Virus record (IMG/VR): IMGVR_UViG_3300031963_000006
Span: 124,001-188,000 of that record
Length of the DNA stretch: 64,000 bases
Reading direction: 5' to 3' (one strand)
A program made the position numbers and the translations under genes. Positions 21,601 to 31,348 of this stretch are shown here, piece by piece. The notes below the pieces were generated by a model. It ran no database searches. It was not told the DNA's origin and saw only the letters and a program-made list of their open reading frames with translations. Within the stretch, counting starts at the first letter, position 1, and each line of letters starts with the position of its first letter.

Positions 21601-23519
21601 GGATTAACACCCGATATTGGGAAAAAAGAAGTTATATCGACTAATGTTTCAATAACTCCTGTATAATAATCATACTGAACTAAAACTCTTTTTTGTTCCT
21701 CAATTGGTTCCATAGTACTGCAACCTAAAACGGCAATGAATTTTCTTGGAGTAGTGTCTGTTACTATAAAGTCATAAACAAAAATTCCTCTATTAGGGTT
21801 ACAAGGATTATCTGAAGTACCATATGGATTATTATTATTTCCAAAACCGGCGGTATAACTAAATCTTAATACCGCGGAAGAAGTGGCGTCCCCTAAATTA
21901 GGAATTGAACTTGGAGTTATCTCAAATACTTGATTTGGGAAAAACGCATTGTTGCCAACAAGAACTAACCTACTTAAACCTCCTTCATCAAAAGATGCGA
22001 ACCCTCTTTGGTGACCTATAGAACCATAATAAAATCTCTTACTAAATGTTGCAACAAATGGACAACGAGTATAATTAATTTCATTTATTATTATTCTAGC
22101 TGGTAAAACATCCAAAACTCTTTGTATTACCCATATTTTATTACTAGACATTGCAATATCAAATGCTGGGTAACCAAATTCATATGAGTTATCAGGTATT
22201 GGTAATTCTATTGTGGTTAACGAAGGTGCGTCAACGGCTATTATCCTAATAAAATAATTAGGGTCAGGTTGGAATGTTGAATTCCAAATACCTGTTCTAT
22301 AGATAGAAATACAATCACCAAGACAAAATGCCGTTGGAGTAGGTGTTTGAGTTTGTGTTGGAGTTTGAGTTCTAGTTTGTGTCCGTGTAGGAGTTTGGGT
22401 GTTAGTAGGGGTTTGACTCTTAGTTGGAGTTGATGTTTGGGTCGGTGTTTGAGTTGGTGTTTTAGTTTGAGTTGATGTTTGTGTTGGTGTTTGTGTTTGG
22501 GTAGGGGTTGGGGTAGGAGTTGGTGTTGAACATACAATAGAGTTACTCAACAGACAGGTAGGACAATCTGTTTGTAGAGTAATTGTATCGGTTATACCGT
22601 AATTATAATTGTTTAATGCTGTACTAATTGATGTTGTAAATGTTGCACAACCAGTATAACTTGAATTGGTTATGTAATAAACGTTGTTATTTACCAAACC
22701 TGTAAATATTATATTTGGTAAATTAAATATTTGAAAAGAATTATTTGGAGGGCAACAATCTAAGAAAAATGCGTTCTCAGGCGGATAACTAGTAGGTGTG
22801 GGTGTTGGTGTTTTAGTTTGAGTTGGTGTTTTAGTTTGAGTCGATGTTTGTGTAGGTGTTTGAGTTGATGTTTGAGTTGATGTTTGTGTAGGTGTTTGTG
22901 TAGGTGTTTGTGTTGATGTATTTGTGGGAGTATTAGTTTTAGTTGGTGTTGATGTTTGGGTTGATGTTTGGGTCGGTGTATTAGTTGGTGTACTGGTTTT
23001 AGTTGGAGTTTGAGTTTGAGTTGGAGTAGGTGAATTATTAGGAGTTGGGGTTGGAGTTGATGTTTGTGTTTGTGTTGGGGTTTTAGTTTGAGTATTAGTT
23101 GGAGTTGATGTTTGTGTTTGGGTTTTAGTTTGGGTGTTAGTAGGTGTCTGTGTTTGTGTTGGGGTTTTAGTTTGAGTTTGTGTTTGAGTATTGGTTGGAG
23201 TTTGTGTTTTAGTTTGAGTATTAGTAGGGGTCTGTGTTTGTGTTTGTGTTGATGTTTTTGTGGGTGTTTGTGTTTTTGTTGGAGTGGGTGTTTGTGTTTT
23301 TGTTGGAGTGGGAGTTGGAGTCGGGGGAAGTAGAGTAAAGTTACAACCTAAACCATAACCTTCAAAATAAACTTCATATGTACCATAGATATAATCCGCA
23401 GTATAGTAATACGGTATTAACTGAGGTCCAATATTTACAGTGCCACCTGTATAAGGATAAAATATAATATCACCTATTTGACCATTAAAATTATTGGAAC
23501 TTATTAAAACTGTTGGCAT
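18615..23519 (-). CDS. 1634-aa modular protein: Thr/Pro/Gln linkers, Cys module, two propeller-like domains, PKD-like segment, C-terminal leucine-rich repeats
   Basis: Three TPTQT linkers; LQTLDLNNNRI, LITLNLSYNVLTTIPPLPNSIQTLNLEANAL are LRRs; FYVDLGDG PKD-like. Confidence 0.75.
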   Translation of the reverse strand: MPTVLISSNNFNGQIGDIIFYPYTGGTVNIGPQLIPYYYTADYIYGTYEVYFEGYGLGCNFTLLPPTPTPTPTKTQTPTPTKTQTPTKTSTQTQTQTPTNTQTKTQTPTNTQTQTQTKTPTQTQTPTNTQTKTQTQTSTPTNTQTKTPTQTQTSTPTPTPNNSPTPTQTQTPTKTSTPTNTPTQTSTQTSTPTKTNTPTNTSTQTPTQTPTQTSTQTSTQTPTQTSTQTKTPTQTKTPTPTPTSYPPENAFFLDCCPPNNSFQIFNLPNIIFTGLVNNNVYYITNSSYTGCATFTTSISTALNNYNYGITDTITLQTDCPTCLLSNSIVCSTPTPTPTPTQTQTPTQTSTQTKTPTQTPTQTSTPTKSQTPTNTQTPTRTQTRTQTPTQTQTPTPTAFCLGDCISIYRTGIWNSTFQPDPNYFIRIIAVDAPSLTTIELPIPDNSYEFGYPAFDIAMSSNKIWVIQRVLDVLPARIIINEINYTRCPFVATFSKRFYYGSIGHQRGFASFDEGGLSRLVLVGNNAFFPNQVFEITPSSIPNLGDATSSAVLRFSYTAGFGNNNNPYGTSDNPCNPNRGIFVYDFIVTDTTPRKFIAVLGCSTMEPIEEQKRVLVQYDYYTGVIETLVDITSFFPISGVNPIMETAEGLFYENGFYYVISYTGRIVQVEASNPLNISYLGDVNTYYTNPLQYNPPDAASVYSCVTEVFAVSTPTPTPTPTQTQTPTQTKTPTNTSTQTPTQTQTSTQTSTKTSTQTPTQTSTPTKSQTPTKTQTQTPTQSQTPTKTQTPTNTSTPTPTPTNPYQPPVILDDCFILVNTSTKIYYFNPIGNTLSEIIIPGFFNSEDIAHYWDPGSQTGKLWLYGGPGSGNIFIREWIITSLTPFTVGSFRDISFPPGISFLGKGLVAVNSNTLIGSETLVNPNRIIKITLNPFPNNTSSFVSMFNLPGSLLTPNTVTGDILLTTNNKVIFTQTNPGTPTFFYITQHDYITNLRDFPEIQIGCTNCPNPPTPNITDANAIYQINNEFYFIDQSTGDVFNVNSDPPYTATTTFNIGVTGVKGASQSPQCIGRSFTGSSPFWQVQNVVGSNPMEVRQDFGSGTKKFYVDLGDGQTFGVNLPNTTTHTTSKTYNSALYTATFADYQLNGIFQTSGTIGAITFRRISKVIDNPGTFDSWSSISNLRFEFCTFSNLSGIDVVNSVFTRIGFFNHNNPNLELNSFNLSSRIRINNFQIWNSNFTDFSHNLSSWTSVNILFVLFADTQLVNFTLIPPPGLRDFQVYNSSGQNNLKFFDAPNGLLSCTTLENVNFDRNRLTGWTYNFPASVKTISMVQNRDTGNPLLFGLSSFTINLTSNTLLQTLDLNNNRINTFTNTIISCTSLITLNLSYNVLTTIPPLPNSIQTLNLEANALTSLPVTLPTSLIYFNANTVTGSVGGGINTIPTWTQTLTTSPNLQTFLLNGVSLSSWTQNFPSNVKLVSLTNNNLTTFNMSYLSTASNFTLNLSNNFITTITNFSSSIQVADLNISSNQINNQYNILPLGNTFPTSLTALTMSINPIVNWSISFASATSLKRVIAGNCALNQSSVDFILCNLANSTSLTNGTLTLSNAVGTANPNSSPSPAGIACKTTLTSAGRNWSVTP
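21211..21265. repeat. 55-bp exact direct repeat, copy 1
   Basis: ttagtaggggtttgactcttagttggagttgatgtttgggtcggtgtttgagttg, identical to 22402-22456. Confidence 0.9.
22402..22456. repeat. 55-bp exact direct repeat, copy 2
   Basis: Identical to 21211-21265; offset 1191 bp = 397 codons. Confidence 0.9.
22790..23330 (-). repeat. Low-complexity coding repeat ([12 protein letters not shown] linker)
   Basis: Degenerate 6-nt-period repeats encoding alternating Thr; boundaries approximate. Confidence 0.85.
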
Positions 23520-23534
23520 CTATACGTTTTGTAT

Positions 23535-23542
23535 TATAAATA
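23535..23542 (-). promoter_or_regulatory. Putative late promoter TATTTATA (minus strand)
   Basis: TATAAATA on + strand, 15 nt upstream of the minus-strand ATG at 23519. Confidence 0.55.
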
Positions 23543-23552
23543 CTTTATTTTT

Positions 23553-24821
23553 CTAATTACACTGATTTGATGTTATTGTAAGTCCCATTTGATAATAAGT
23601 TTGACCACTGCAATTCACCATATATGAATTAGTTGTACCTGTAACCGTTACAAATTGTATTGTTGTTGGGTCAACTAAATTTTTTAATGAACCGTCCCAA
23701 GCTTGAATACCTAATTCACTAGCCACATGGTCAATTCTACAGGCAAAACCAAAATTTCCTCCACCCGCAAAATTTAAACCAACAATTTTCCAAATTCCAC
23801 TAAAGTCGGCGATAAGAGCTGAACCTGAATCACCTCCAGCTATTGGGTTTAGACATAAAGATGATAAACTTGGGTCGTTTTCGGGTCTAACAAATGCTAT
23901 TAAATCTGAAAAATAAGCCGTGACAATATTACCTTGCATTTTATACCCACTAATTGGTTGAGTGGTGCCCAAAGAATAAACTCTTAAAGGACACGTTGGA
24001 GCTTGTTTTACGCCGGTTGTTCTTCCACTACTATATAGTATTGGATTTGTACTTAATAATAAATCAATTTCTGCGGTACTGGCAAATGGGATTGGAGTTG
24101 TGTTTCCTGTTAGTCCGTATTGTTTATAAGATTCGGTTAAACTTAAAATTGGAGTCCCACTTAATGATATTAGAGCACCATCTACTTTATTATTTGTTGT
24201 GAACCCCAAGTAAATTGGTACGTATCTTACTACTTGACCTATAATGTTTTGAGGAGGGCCCAAAGGACTTTCACCGGGTTGGTACGCTAAATCTACTTCT
24301 AATGAGCCGTTATCGTTTAAATTATATTCATTAAAAATAACTCCACCCAAATTTCTTTGTGTTGTGTAAAAAGCATCTTTTATTACCACATGATTATTTG
24401 TAACCCCCACTAAACTCTGTGTTGCAATATCTACGGCAACAAATCCCAAAGTACCAACAAACCCTAATTTACTTTTAGACGTTAAAGAAATGCCACCCTG
24501 AACTGGCCTGATATATAATCTATTAGGAGGAGGATTAGTTATCCAAAGATTACATTGAGGATTACAAGCTAATACCTCAATTTCACCAACTTCAACAACA
24601 TCCATAAAGTAAGTTTTATTATCGATAGTAATTGGTTCATTTGGTAAAATTTCCTCAGGAAATAAATTAGATAATTTTTTTTTCTCAGGTACAAAAAATA
24701 TTATGGATTCTTTTCTAGTATCAATACCATTTGATATTTTGAATCCATAACCAACACCTACATTATTTGGGGTTTTTAGGTTAAACTCCTCTATAATTTT
24801 TTTTAAATTTTCTGTTAACAT
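23553..24821 (-). CDS. Trypsin-like serine protease with Nal1-type N-terminal domain
   Basis: Intact triad TNNHV / VDGAL / GGDSGS; N-terminal VGVGYGFK...IIFFVPEKK...DVVEVG pattern as in Nal1-like proteases. Confidence 0.8.
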   Translation of the reverse strand: MLTENLKKIIEEFNLKTPNNVGVGYGFKISNGIDTRKESIIFFVPEKKKLSNLFPEEILPNEPITIDNKTYFMDVVEVGEIEVLACNPQCNLWITNPPPNRLYIRPVQGGISLTSKSKLGFVGTLGFVAVDIATQSLVGVTNNHVVIKDAFYTTQRNLGGVIFNEYNLNDNGSLEVDLAYQPGESPLGPPQNIIGQVVRYVPIYLGFTTNNKVDGALISLSGTPILSLTESYKQYGLTGNTTPIPFASTAEIDLLLSTNPILYSSGRTTGVKQAPTCPLRVYSLGTTQPISGYKMQGNIVTAYFSDLIAFVRPENDPSLSSLCLNPIAGGDSGSALIADFSGIWKIVGLNFAGGGNFGFACRIDHVASELGIQAWDGSLKNLVDPTTIQFVTVTGTTNSYMVNCSGQTYYQMGLTITSNQCN

Positions 24822-24826
24822 TTTTT

Positions 24827-27800
24827 CTAAAAAGGTTTTGAATTAAATTTAGTAAATATTGTGTTTATATTAGTTGGTATATTAGTAGGTGTTAAAGTTG
24901 GGGTAATTGTTGGAGTTGGTGAAGGAGGGTTTATGTTTACACAGTATAACCTAAAATTGTAATCTGCGGTTGATGTGTAACCGGACCCCAAAATTGTTGA
25001 TATTACTTTTACATATACTTCGGATGGGGAAGAAATGTTCTTCATAAAAGTTGAAAATCCTGTAGAACCTCCGGCAATTGGAGAACCATTTAAGTATTCT
25101 ACCCATGGACCATATAATAGAGCGTTATCAGACCTAAAACCAGTATCTATAACTATTTGGTTATTCCAATATACTATAAACCTATCAGGGTATGTATTAG
25201 CGCTAAATTCAAAGTAAACTTGACCTATTTGAGAGCCTAAATTGTATTTAAATAGGTTACTTCCCATGTTATTTGTAGGTGAAATTAGATTTCCGCAGTT
25301 AACCAAATAATCTTGATAACAATTTATTTTGGTCACGGCGTTTAACAATGGAACATTTACACCATTATTATAGTAGTATAAGTTTGACCACGAACTAATA
25401 GAAACCCCTATAGAATTCGGGGAGTTTGTATATGTTCCGGCCGATGAGAAGGCTGAAGTATATATATTACCATCACAACCTAAATATTGTAAATAAACCC
25501 TACCATTCCAAACAGGTACTGAATTTCCAACTGCATTGTCTAACATTTGTTGTGTTATGGTTACTTGCCAATTAAAACAACCATTATTACAATTATTTGG
25601 TGTTAAAGTTGGAGTTGGTGTAACAGGTATCGGGTTAAAACTAGAACAAACAATTTCCATCGTAGAACCCCCAAGAGGGCTACCGTCTGAATAATTAAAT
25701 GTTAAACTAGTATAAGGGTTTGGTGAGGAAATTTTATATTCACCACCACCAGTACCAGGTTCTGGTAATGTTGCAATAGTGTTACCTGAAATTTCTTGAT
25801 AACACCATGGACCAACTAAAGTTATTGTAACCGGACCTGAATCACTCGTCACTACAAAAGTTTCTCTACTTGACCAACCAATAAAGTCAGACATAGTTAT
25901 TCTGAAAACTAAATTATTCATTGGTTCACTAAAATTCAGTGTGTATAATGTTGGAGTACATTCAATTGGACCACCTGGAGGGTTCTCTCTACAACCTATC
26001 CATACAGTATCTGAGTTTTCGTATACACAACTAGTGTGAGTCCATAATTGTTCCGCATAACCACTACCAGTGGCTGTTATTAATATCCCGTAATAATTTA
26101 CATAACCACCAATAACAGGTAATTTACCTACACAACCAACTGGGGTTTGTGTTGGTGTTGGAGTTGGGGCGATATTATAACAATAGTTTTGACGTGTAAA
26201 GGCAGAATTTACATAAATTGTAAAATTATTTTGAGTATAATAAACTTGCGGAGTTCCACCTAAAGGGACACCTGATAAATTAGGATAATTATTATAAACT
26301 CCTGAACTAGTATAATTTTGAATTTTTTGTAATCCATCACATCCTACCCATCTTACATAAATAAGTCCATTAATAATTGGATTAGTATTACCAGATGCAC
26401 TTAAAATATATTCCTCTAATATATTTACCGTCCAAGCAAAACAATTTTGACAATTATCTCCATTAGTAGGCGTTATTGTTGGTGTTAATGTTGGTGTTGG
26501 TGTTAGAGTTGTATCTATAATCTCAACAACTAAAATATCACATTCAGGGTCCGGAGTCGGAGTCGGGGTTGGCGTAGGAGTTTCGGTTGGGGGAGGGCTC
26601 TTTTCTGGTGTTAATGAAGGTGTTTGTGTTTGTGTTGGTGTTTGTGTTTGTGTTGGTGTTTGGGTTGATGTAGGAGTTTGACTTTTTGTAGGAGTTTGAC
26701 TGTTTGTTGGAGTTTGAGTCTGGGTATTTGTAGGTGTGTTAGTTGATGTTTTTGTTGGTGTTTGTGTTTTAGTTTGAGTTGGAGTGTTGGTTGGAGTCTG
26801 ACTCTGAGTTGGGGTATTTGTCGGAGTTTGAGTTTGTGTGTTGGTTGGTGTCGGAGTTGGAGTTTCTGATACTTCAGGTGTTCGTGTAGGAGTTTTAGTT
26901 TGGGTTTGAGTTTGGGTTTGAGTTGGAGTATTGGTTGGTGTTTGTGTTGATGTTGGTGTTTGTGTTTGGGTATTAGTTGGTGTTTGAGTTGATGTTTTTG
27001 TTGGTGTCTTAGTTGGTGTTTGAGTCTTAGTTGGAGTTTGTGTTTGAGTAGATGTTTTTGTTTGAGTTGGGGTGGATGTTTTAGTCGGAGTATTACTCAG
27101 AGTTGGATTTGGAGTTGGTGTTTGCGTAGGTGTTTCAGTCGGTGTTTGAGTTGACGTAGGAGTTTGAGTTTTTGTTGGTGTAGGGGTTTTTGTTGATGTT
27201 TTTGTTGGGGTTGGAGTTGGTGTTTCTGTGGATGTATTAGTTGGCGTATTTGTTGGAGTTTTAGTTGATGTTCTTGTTGGTGTTGGGCTATCAGTTGGTT
27301 GTGGTGTTGGGGTTGGAGTACTTGTTGATGTTGGAGTTTCAGTTTTAGTTGGAGTTGGAGTTTTAGTATTAGTTGGAGTTTTTGTTGAAGTTTTTGTAGG
27401 GGTTACTGTTGGCGTCGAAGTTTTAGTTGGAGTTTTAGTTTGAGTTGGACTTATTGTGTTTGTTGGGGTATTAGTTTGAGTCGGAGTCTGAGTTTTAGTT
27501 GGAGTTTTAGTTTGAGTTCTGGTTTGAGTTTGTGTTTTAGTTTGTGTTGGGGTTTGAGTTACGTCAGGAGTCGGAGTTTGTGTTTGAGTCGATGTTTTAG
27601 TTGGAGTTTTGGTGGGTGTTTGTGTTCTAGTTTCAGTTCGTGTTTGTGTTTGTGTTATTGTATTTGTGGGAGTATTTGTTGGGGTTTGAGTTGTTGTTGG
27701 GGTTTGAGTATTAGTTCTTGTTGGAGTTCTTGTTGGAGTTTTTGTAACACAAAATGTTTGAGTTGGAGTTGGTGTTGGTAAATCGTTATTGGTAGGTGTT

Positions 27801-28498
27801 TGAGTTTTAGTTGTGGTAACAGTTGGAGTTACGGTATTTTGAGGAGTTTTTGTTTGAGTTCTAGTCTTTGTAGGTGTTTGAGTCCTTGTTGTTGTATTTG
27901 TAGGAGTTTTCGTTGGAGTTGGAGTTTTTGTAGGAGTTTTTGTTTGAGTCTGAGTTTTTGTTGGAGTTTTTGTTTGAGTTTGAGTTATGGTCGGAGTTTG
28001 TGTTACGGCTCCTGGAGCTCCTCCTGGACAACAATAAGATGTTGTTGAACATTCTGCATTAGGCAATAAAAATTCCGTAAAATTTGTAGGGTAATCCTCG
28101 GTACTAAAAGAAATATCCTGAACTAAACCACAAAAAGTGTATTCAACTAAATTAATAGGGTCCAAACAATTTGATAAACATATTGTAATACGCCATAAAT
28201 CAAAAGGTTGTGTGTTGGTACCTAAGGTGACATATCTATTAATACCAGCACAACAATCGTATACCTCGAAAACGTCTTGAGGGATAAATGATTTAAAATT
28301 TTGACAATCGGAAGCAACTAATTTTACCCCTACTTCAGGAGAATTTTCATAAGGGTAGGGTACTGTGATATCTATTGGTTTTGATGTGTAAGTAATAACT
28401 CTTGAAACAAATACACAATTTTCACCATTTGGTTCACAAACATAAATGTCATAAGGTGCCGTTAAACCTGATATGTCTGTTATTTTAACTGTTGCCAT
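24827..28498 (-). CDS. 1223-aa mucin-like modular protein (about 500-aa Thr/Pro/Gln stalk, duplicated Cys domain)
   Basis: N-terminal PYDIYVC module, long TPT stalk, two C..CF.W.V.I...NG..Y....GCDG repeats. Confidence 0.75.
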   Translation of the reverse strand: MATVKITDISGLTAPYDIYVCEPNGENCVFVSRVITYTSKPIDITVPYPYENSPEVGVKLVASDCQNFKSFIPQDVFEVYDCCAGINRYVTLGTNTQPFDLWRITICLSNCLDPINLVEYTFCGLVQDISFSTEDYPTNFTEFLLPNAECSTTSYCCPGGAPGAVTQTPTITQTQTKTPTKTQTQTKTPTKTPTPTKTPTNTTTRTQTPTKTRTQTKTPQNTVTPTVTTTKTQTPTNNDLPTPTPTQTFCVTKTPTRTPTRTNTQTPTTTQTPTNTPTNTITQTQTRTETRTQTPTKTPTKTSTQTQTPTPDVTQTPTQTKTQTQTRTQTKTPTKTQTPTQTNTPTNTISPTQTKTPTKTSTPTVTPTKTSTKTPTNTKTPTPTKTETPTSTSTPTPTPQPTDSPTPTRTSTKTPTNTPTNTSTETPTPTPTKTSTKTPTPTKTQTPTSTQTPTETPTQTPTPNPTLSNTPTKTSTPTQTKTSTQTQTPTKTQTPTKTPTKTSTQTPTNTQTQTPTSTQTPTNTPTQTQTQTQTKTPTRTPEVSETPTPTPTNTQTQTPTNTPTQSQTPTNTPTQTKTQTPTKTSTNTPTNTQTQTPTNSQTPTKSQTPTSTQTPTQTQTPTQTQTPSLTPEKSPPPTETPTPTPTPTPDPECDILVVEIIDTTLTPTPTLTPTITPTNGDNCQNCFAWTVNILEEYILSASGNTNPIINGLIYVRWVGCDGLQKIQNYTSSGVYNNYPNLSGVPLGGTPQVYYTQNNFTIYVNSAFTRQNYCYNIAPTPTPTQTPVGCVGKLPVIGGYVNYYGILITATGSGYAEQLWTHTSCVYENSDTVWIGCRENPPGGPIECTPTLYTLNFSEPMNNLVFRITMSDFIGWSSRETFVVTSDSGPVTITLVGPWCYQEISGNTIATLPEPGTGGGEYKISSPNPYTSLTFNYSDGSPLGGSTMEIVCSSFNPIPVTPTPTLTPNNCNNGCFNWQVTITQQMLDNAVGNSVPVWNGRVYLQYLGCDGNIYTSAFSSAGTYTNSPNSIGVSISSWSNLYYYNNGVNVPLLNAVTKINCYQDYLVNCGNLISPTNNMGSNLFKYNLGSQIGQVYFEFSANTYPDRFIVYWNNQIVIDTGFRSDNALLYGPWVEYLNGSPIAGGSTGFSTFMKNISSPSEVYVKVISTILGSGYTSTADYNFRLYCVNINPPSPTPTITPTLTPTNIPTNINTIFTKFNSKPF
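26470..28010 (-). repeat. About 1.5-kb low-complexity coding repeat (Thr-X dipeptides)
   Basis: Extreme G+T skew on + strand; encodes ([10 protein letters not shown])n; boundaries approximate. Confidence 0.9.
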
Positions 28499-31047
28499 TA
28501 GTTACATAAAATTGTTGAATTACAAATATTATTTATAGTACCTTGACTGAATGATGACTGACAAGCCTCAATTACTACCGCACCTGTGACAGGGGTATTA
28601 GATTGTCGACAGAAGCAAGCGGCTCCAGCAATCCCTGCTCCACCTGGTACGGTAATTTGTGCGGGATTTCCATCACAATCAGTATAAAACGCAGTTCCTT
28701 GAAAACCTGATATAGTCCTAACTGCAGTACATTGACATGTTATGGATGATGGGTTTGGGCCTCCATCTGGAGTATTGCCATTATTACCACCTGACCCGCC
28801 AGAACCACCGGTTCCATTAGGGTTTGATGGTGAAGTACCATTTTCAGGATTACACGGCCAAAGATTGACAATGACACAATTTGAAAGCTCGACTATAGTG
28901 TATATATTAAGGATAAATGACCTAATATAATAAAAACCATCTCCATAACAATTACAATTTGCTTGGTTAAGATACGCGTAACTTCCGACCTCTAATGATT
29001 CTAAATAAATCGGTTGACTAGAAACACCCCAACTATCAATAACATTATTACTTAAATCCTCAACTAAAGAATATATAATATCACAAATTTCAGTTTCAGA
29101 TTGAGGCCAATTAATATTGGGTCCATTATTAAATTTATATGCGAATGAGAAAGGATAACTTGTTAAGTTTGATGGAGGGTTACATTCGGTTTCTGAAATA
29201 CATTGAGCACAATTTGTGTATATTGTTGAAGAAACTTCAGTAAAGTAATTTCCTTGGTAAACTATGATGTCGTCTGTAGTATTTTGTGGTATTGTTGTTG
29301 AAGAACCGTTGTATTGCCAACAAGTATTAGTAGTTAAGTTAAATATTGTTTGAGTACCTATAGTTGTTAACGAAGGTTCGGTTTGATAAACTATTGTTTG
29401 AGGTCCATTAGTATCATTACAAAGTCTGTATTTGTAATACGTTGTTGGGGTAAATTCAAATGATACGTTATTACAACTTATACTATTAGAAGCCCCGTAA
29501 ATATTAATACTTGGTGATGTAATTACCGTTACTGTATACGGAGGAGATGTTTCAATATTATAAACTATAGCGTTATTGTCTGTAACATATATTAAACCAT
29601 TTTCTACAAAAATAGAAGTTGGCGTTAATATTGTTGGAGATATTAAAATTTCAACCTCAGGGTCTCCATCTGGATAAGAATATTGTGATAAGTAAGTATT
29701 ATCACCTTCTCTTGAAAGTATTAAAATTTTGTTATTAGTGGTTGCCAATAAATCCCCCGCAAACAGCCTTCCTGGTGGTAAACTAAATAATTCATTATAA
29801 TTTAAATTACTTAATGAAGTTTGACCCGCTGAAGGTAAATATATTTCAAATACTGTTTGAGGTGATAAACCAACTTGAACATTACATGTTAACAACTTGT
29901 TATTATTAATTGCAAAAAGTCCGGCACCAAATGTAACGTTAGATTCTGTGTCATTTAACTCCCTAACAAATGTTGCAGAGAATGGGTTTAAAACAATATC
30001 CCATTCTTTAATTTTATCTGTTGTTGATATGAATAATTTTGTTTGAGTATTTCCAATATCATTCCAATTTGATAAATTTGGAATAGTTAGTGATGTTGTG
30101 GTATTAGTATCTACAACATATGTATACACCCCTCCTTCTCCGATTATAAATGTAGGACATAAATTCAATATTGACGGAGATGAAGGTGTCATTGTCATTG
30201 TAGGTGTTGGAGTTGGGGTAAGTTGAACTGCGCACAATGAACATTGACCTAAATTAGAATAACCAATTGGCCCACTCGATAATGTAATGTTATTAGTACC
30301 AATATAAGTTGAATTATTACCTATGTATGTTATACATCTTTCGTTCCCATCCACAACTCCTAAGAAAATCATAAATTGGGATAAATCACCACCTGAAGGG
30401 TTATTTACCACATTTGTGGTATAATACATAAATCCGTTATTACAATCTTGGAATTGTTTACTAACAGGACAATTTATAACAGAATCTATGGTGACAAAAG
30501 TAACGTCACCTGAAAAATTACACTGAATTTGATTACTCCTATTTCTATAAATCATTATTGTTGGAGTCATTGTTGGTGTCGGAGTCATAGTAGGGGTTAT
30601 TCCTGTTATATAAGCATCGACATAAATATTGGGACAGAAATTTGATGACGTAGGGGTGTTTGTCATTGTTGGAGTGTAAGAAGGGGTATAAGACGGTGTT
30701 GGAGTTGGTGGAATATCAATTAGTGTTGCCTCAAAATTGAAGACATCACAATTAACAGTTGGTGTAGGAGTAGGGGTCAAACAAACTGACGAGTTTACAT
30801 ACTCAAAAGTTAAATCAGGGCATACTCCGTTATATGGGTATTTTCCCTGTAAAAAACAAGGACTACCACCTAAAGTCGTTGCTAAACACCAAAAACCACC
30901 AGAGTCGTAAAATATATAATATCCGTTAGTTGAACCAACATAATAATCTCTTAAATTGTATACACCTGATTGGGTATATACATCATCATAGGCCGGAAAT
31001 CCAGTACCACTTACACAATAATCATCATTTGCACAATATACGGCCAT
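28498..31047 (-). CDS. 849-aa Cys-rich modular protein with PT linkers and propeller-like domain
   Basis: TPTPTMT linkers; [18 protein letters not shown]...[11 protein letters not shown]...PPYTV domain; Gly-rich C-terminal linker. Confidence 0.7.
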   Translation of the reverse strand: MAVYCANDDYCVSGTGFPAYDDVYTQSGVYNLRDYYVGSTNGYYIFYDSGGFWCLATTLGGSPCFLQGKYPYNGVCPDLTFEYVNSSVCLTPTPTPTVNCDVFNFEATLIDIPPTPTPSYTPSYTPTMTNTPTSSNFCPNIYVDAYITGITPTMTPTPTMTPTIMIYRNRSNQIQCNFSGDVTFVTIDSVINCPVSKQFQDCNNGFMYYTTNVVNNPSGGDLSQFMIFLGVVDGNERCITYIGNNSTYIGTNNITLSSGPIGYSNLGQCSLCAVQLTPTPTPTMTMTPSSPSILNLCPTFIIGEGGVYTYVVDTNTTTSLTIPNLSNWNDIGNTQTKLFISTTDKIKEWDIVLNPFSATFVRELNDTESNVTFGAGLFAINNNKLLTCNVQVGLSPQTVFEIYLPSAGQTSLSNLNYNELFSLPPGRLFAGDLLATTNNKILILSREGDNTYLSQYSYPDGDPEVEILISPTILTPTSIFVENGLIYVTDNNAIVYNIETSPPYTVTVITSPSINIYGASNSISCNNVSFEFTPTTYYKYRLCNDTNGPQTIVYQTEPSLTTIGTQTIFNLTTNTCWQYNGSSTTIPQNTTDDIIVYQGNYFTEVSSTIYTNCAQCISETECNPPSNLTSYPFSFAYKFNNGPNINWPQSETEICDIIYSLVEDLSNNVIDSWGVSSQPIYLESLEVGSYAYLNQANCNCYGDGFYYIRSFILNIYTIVELSNCVIVNLWPCNPENGTSPSNPNGTGGSGGSGGNNGNTPDGGPNPSSITCQCTAVRTISGFQGTAFYTDCDGNPAQITVPGGAGIAGAACFCRQSNTPVTGAVVIEACQSSFSQGTINNICNSTILCN

Positions 31048-31048
31048 A

Positions 31049-31264
31049 TTATAACGTTAAATTTGTTGTAACTTCACAACCTATTGAGTCTACAATTTTT
31101 AGAGTAAATTCAGAAAAGTTTAACATTATTGTGGGAATCTCAAATGTATATGGTGCCGAGTCAGTTCTGTCTATATAAATGCATTGTGTTTGAGGGTTGT
31201 CACATATATAAATGTCATATGGTGTTGTTCCTGAAAGGTCGTTAATTGTAACTACAGTTGGCAT
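31049..31264 (-). CDS. 71-aa stand-alone module homologous to the N-terminus of the 24827-28498 ORF
   Basis: VTINDLSGTTPYDIYICD...CIYI...LKIVDSIGC vs [19 protein letters not shown]...CVFV...VKLVASDC. Confidence 0.75.
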   Translation of the reverse strand: MPTVVTINDLSGTTPYDIYICDNPQTQCIYIDRTDSAPYTFEIPTIMLNFSEFTLKIVDSIGCEVTTNLTL

Positions 31265-31281
31265 TAGTAAATTTTATTTCA

Positions 31282-31288
31282 ATAAATA
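31282..31288 (-). promoter_or_regulatory. Putative late promoter TATTTAT for the inverted island
   Basis: ATAAATA on + strand, 17 nt upstream of minus-strand ATG 31264. Confidence 0.5.
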
Positions 31289-31348
31289 TAATACTGACCC
31301 AAAACTTGTGAAGTTGACATGAACTAATTTGTACCTTATTTTTACCTG

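Noticed and set aside
21211-22456. Repeat pair as DGR template/variable regions
   Set aside because: Copies are identical with no adenine-specific mismatches, lie in linkers rather than at a C-terminus, and no reverse transcriptase is in the window
26470-28010. Repetitive DNA as a possible CRISPR array or telomere-like repeat
   Set aside because: No constant repeat with unique spacers; degenerate 6-nt periodicity is fully explained by an in-frame Thr-X coding repeat
27228-28052. Val/Gly-, Ser/Cys/Trp- and Asn/Ser-rich ORFs (27228, 27440, 27800, 27861; similarly 21095 and 22241)
   Set aside because: Shadow frames of the Thr-Pro repeat DNA, which lacks stop codons in alternative frames
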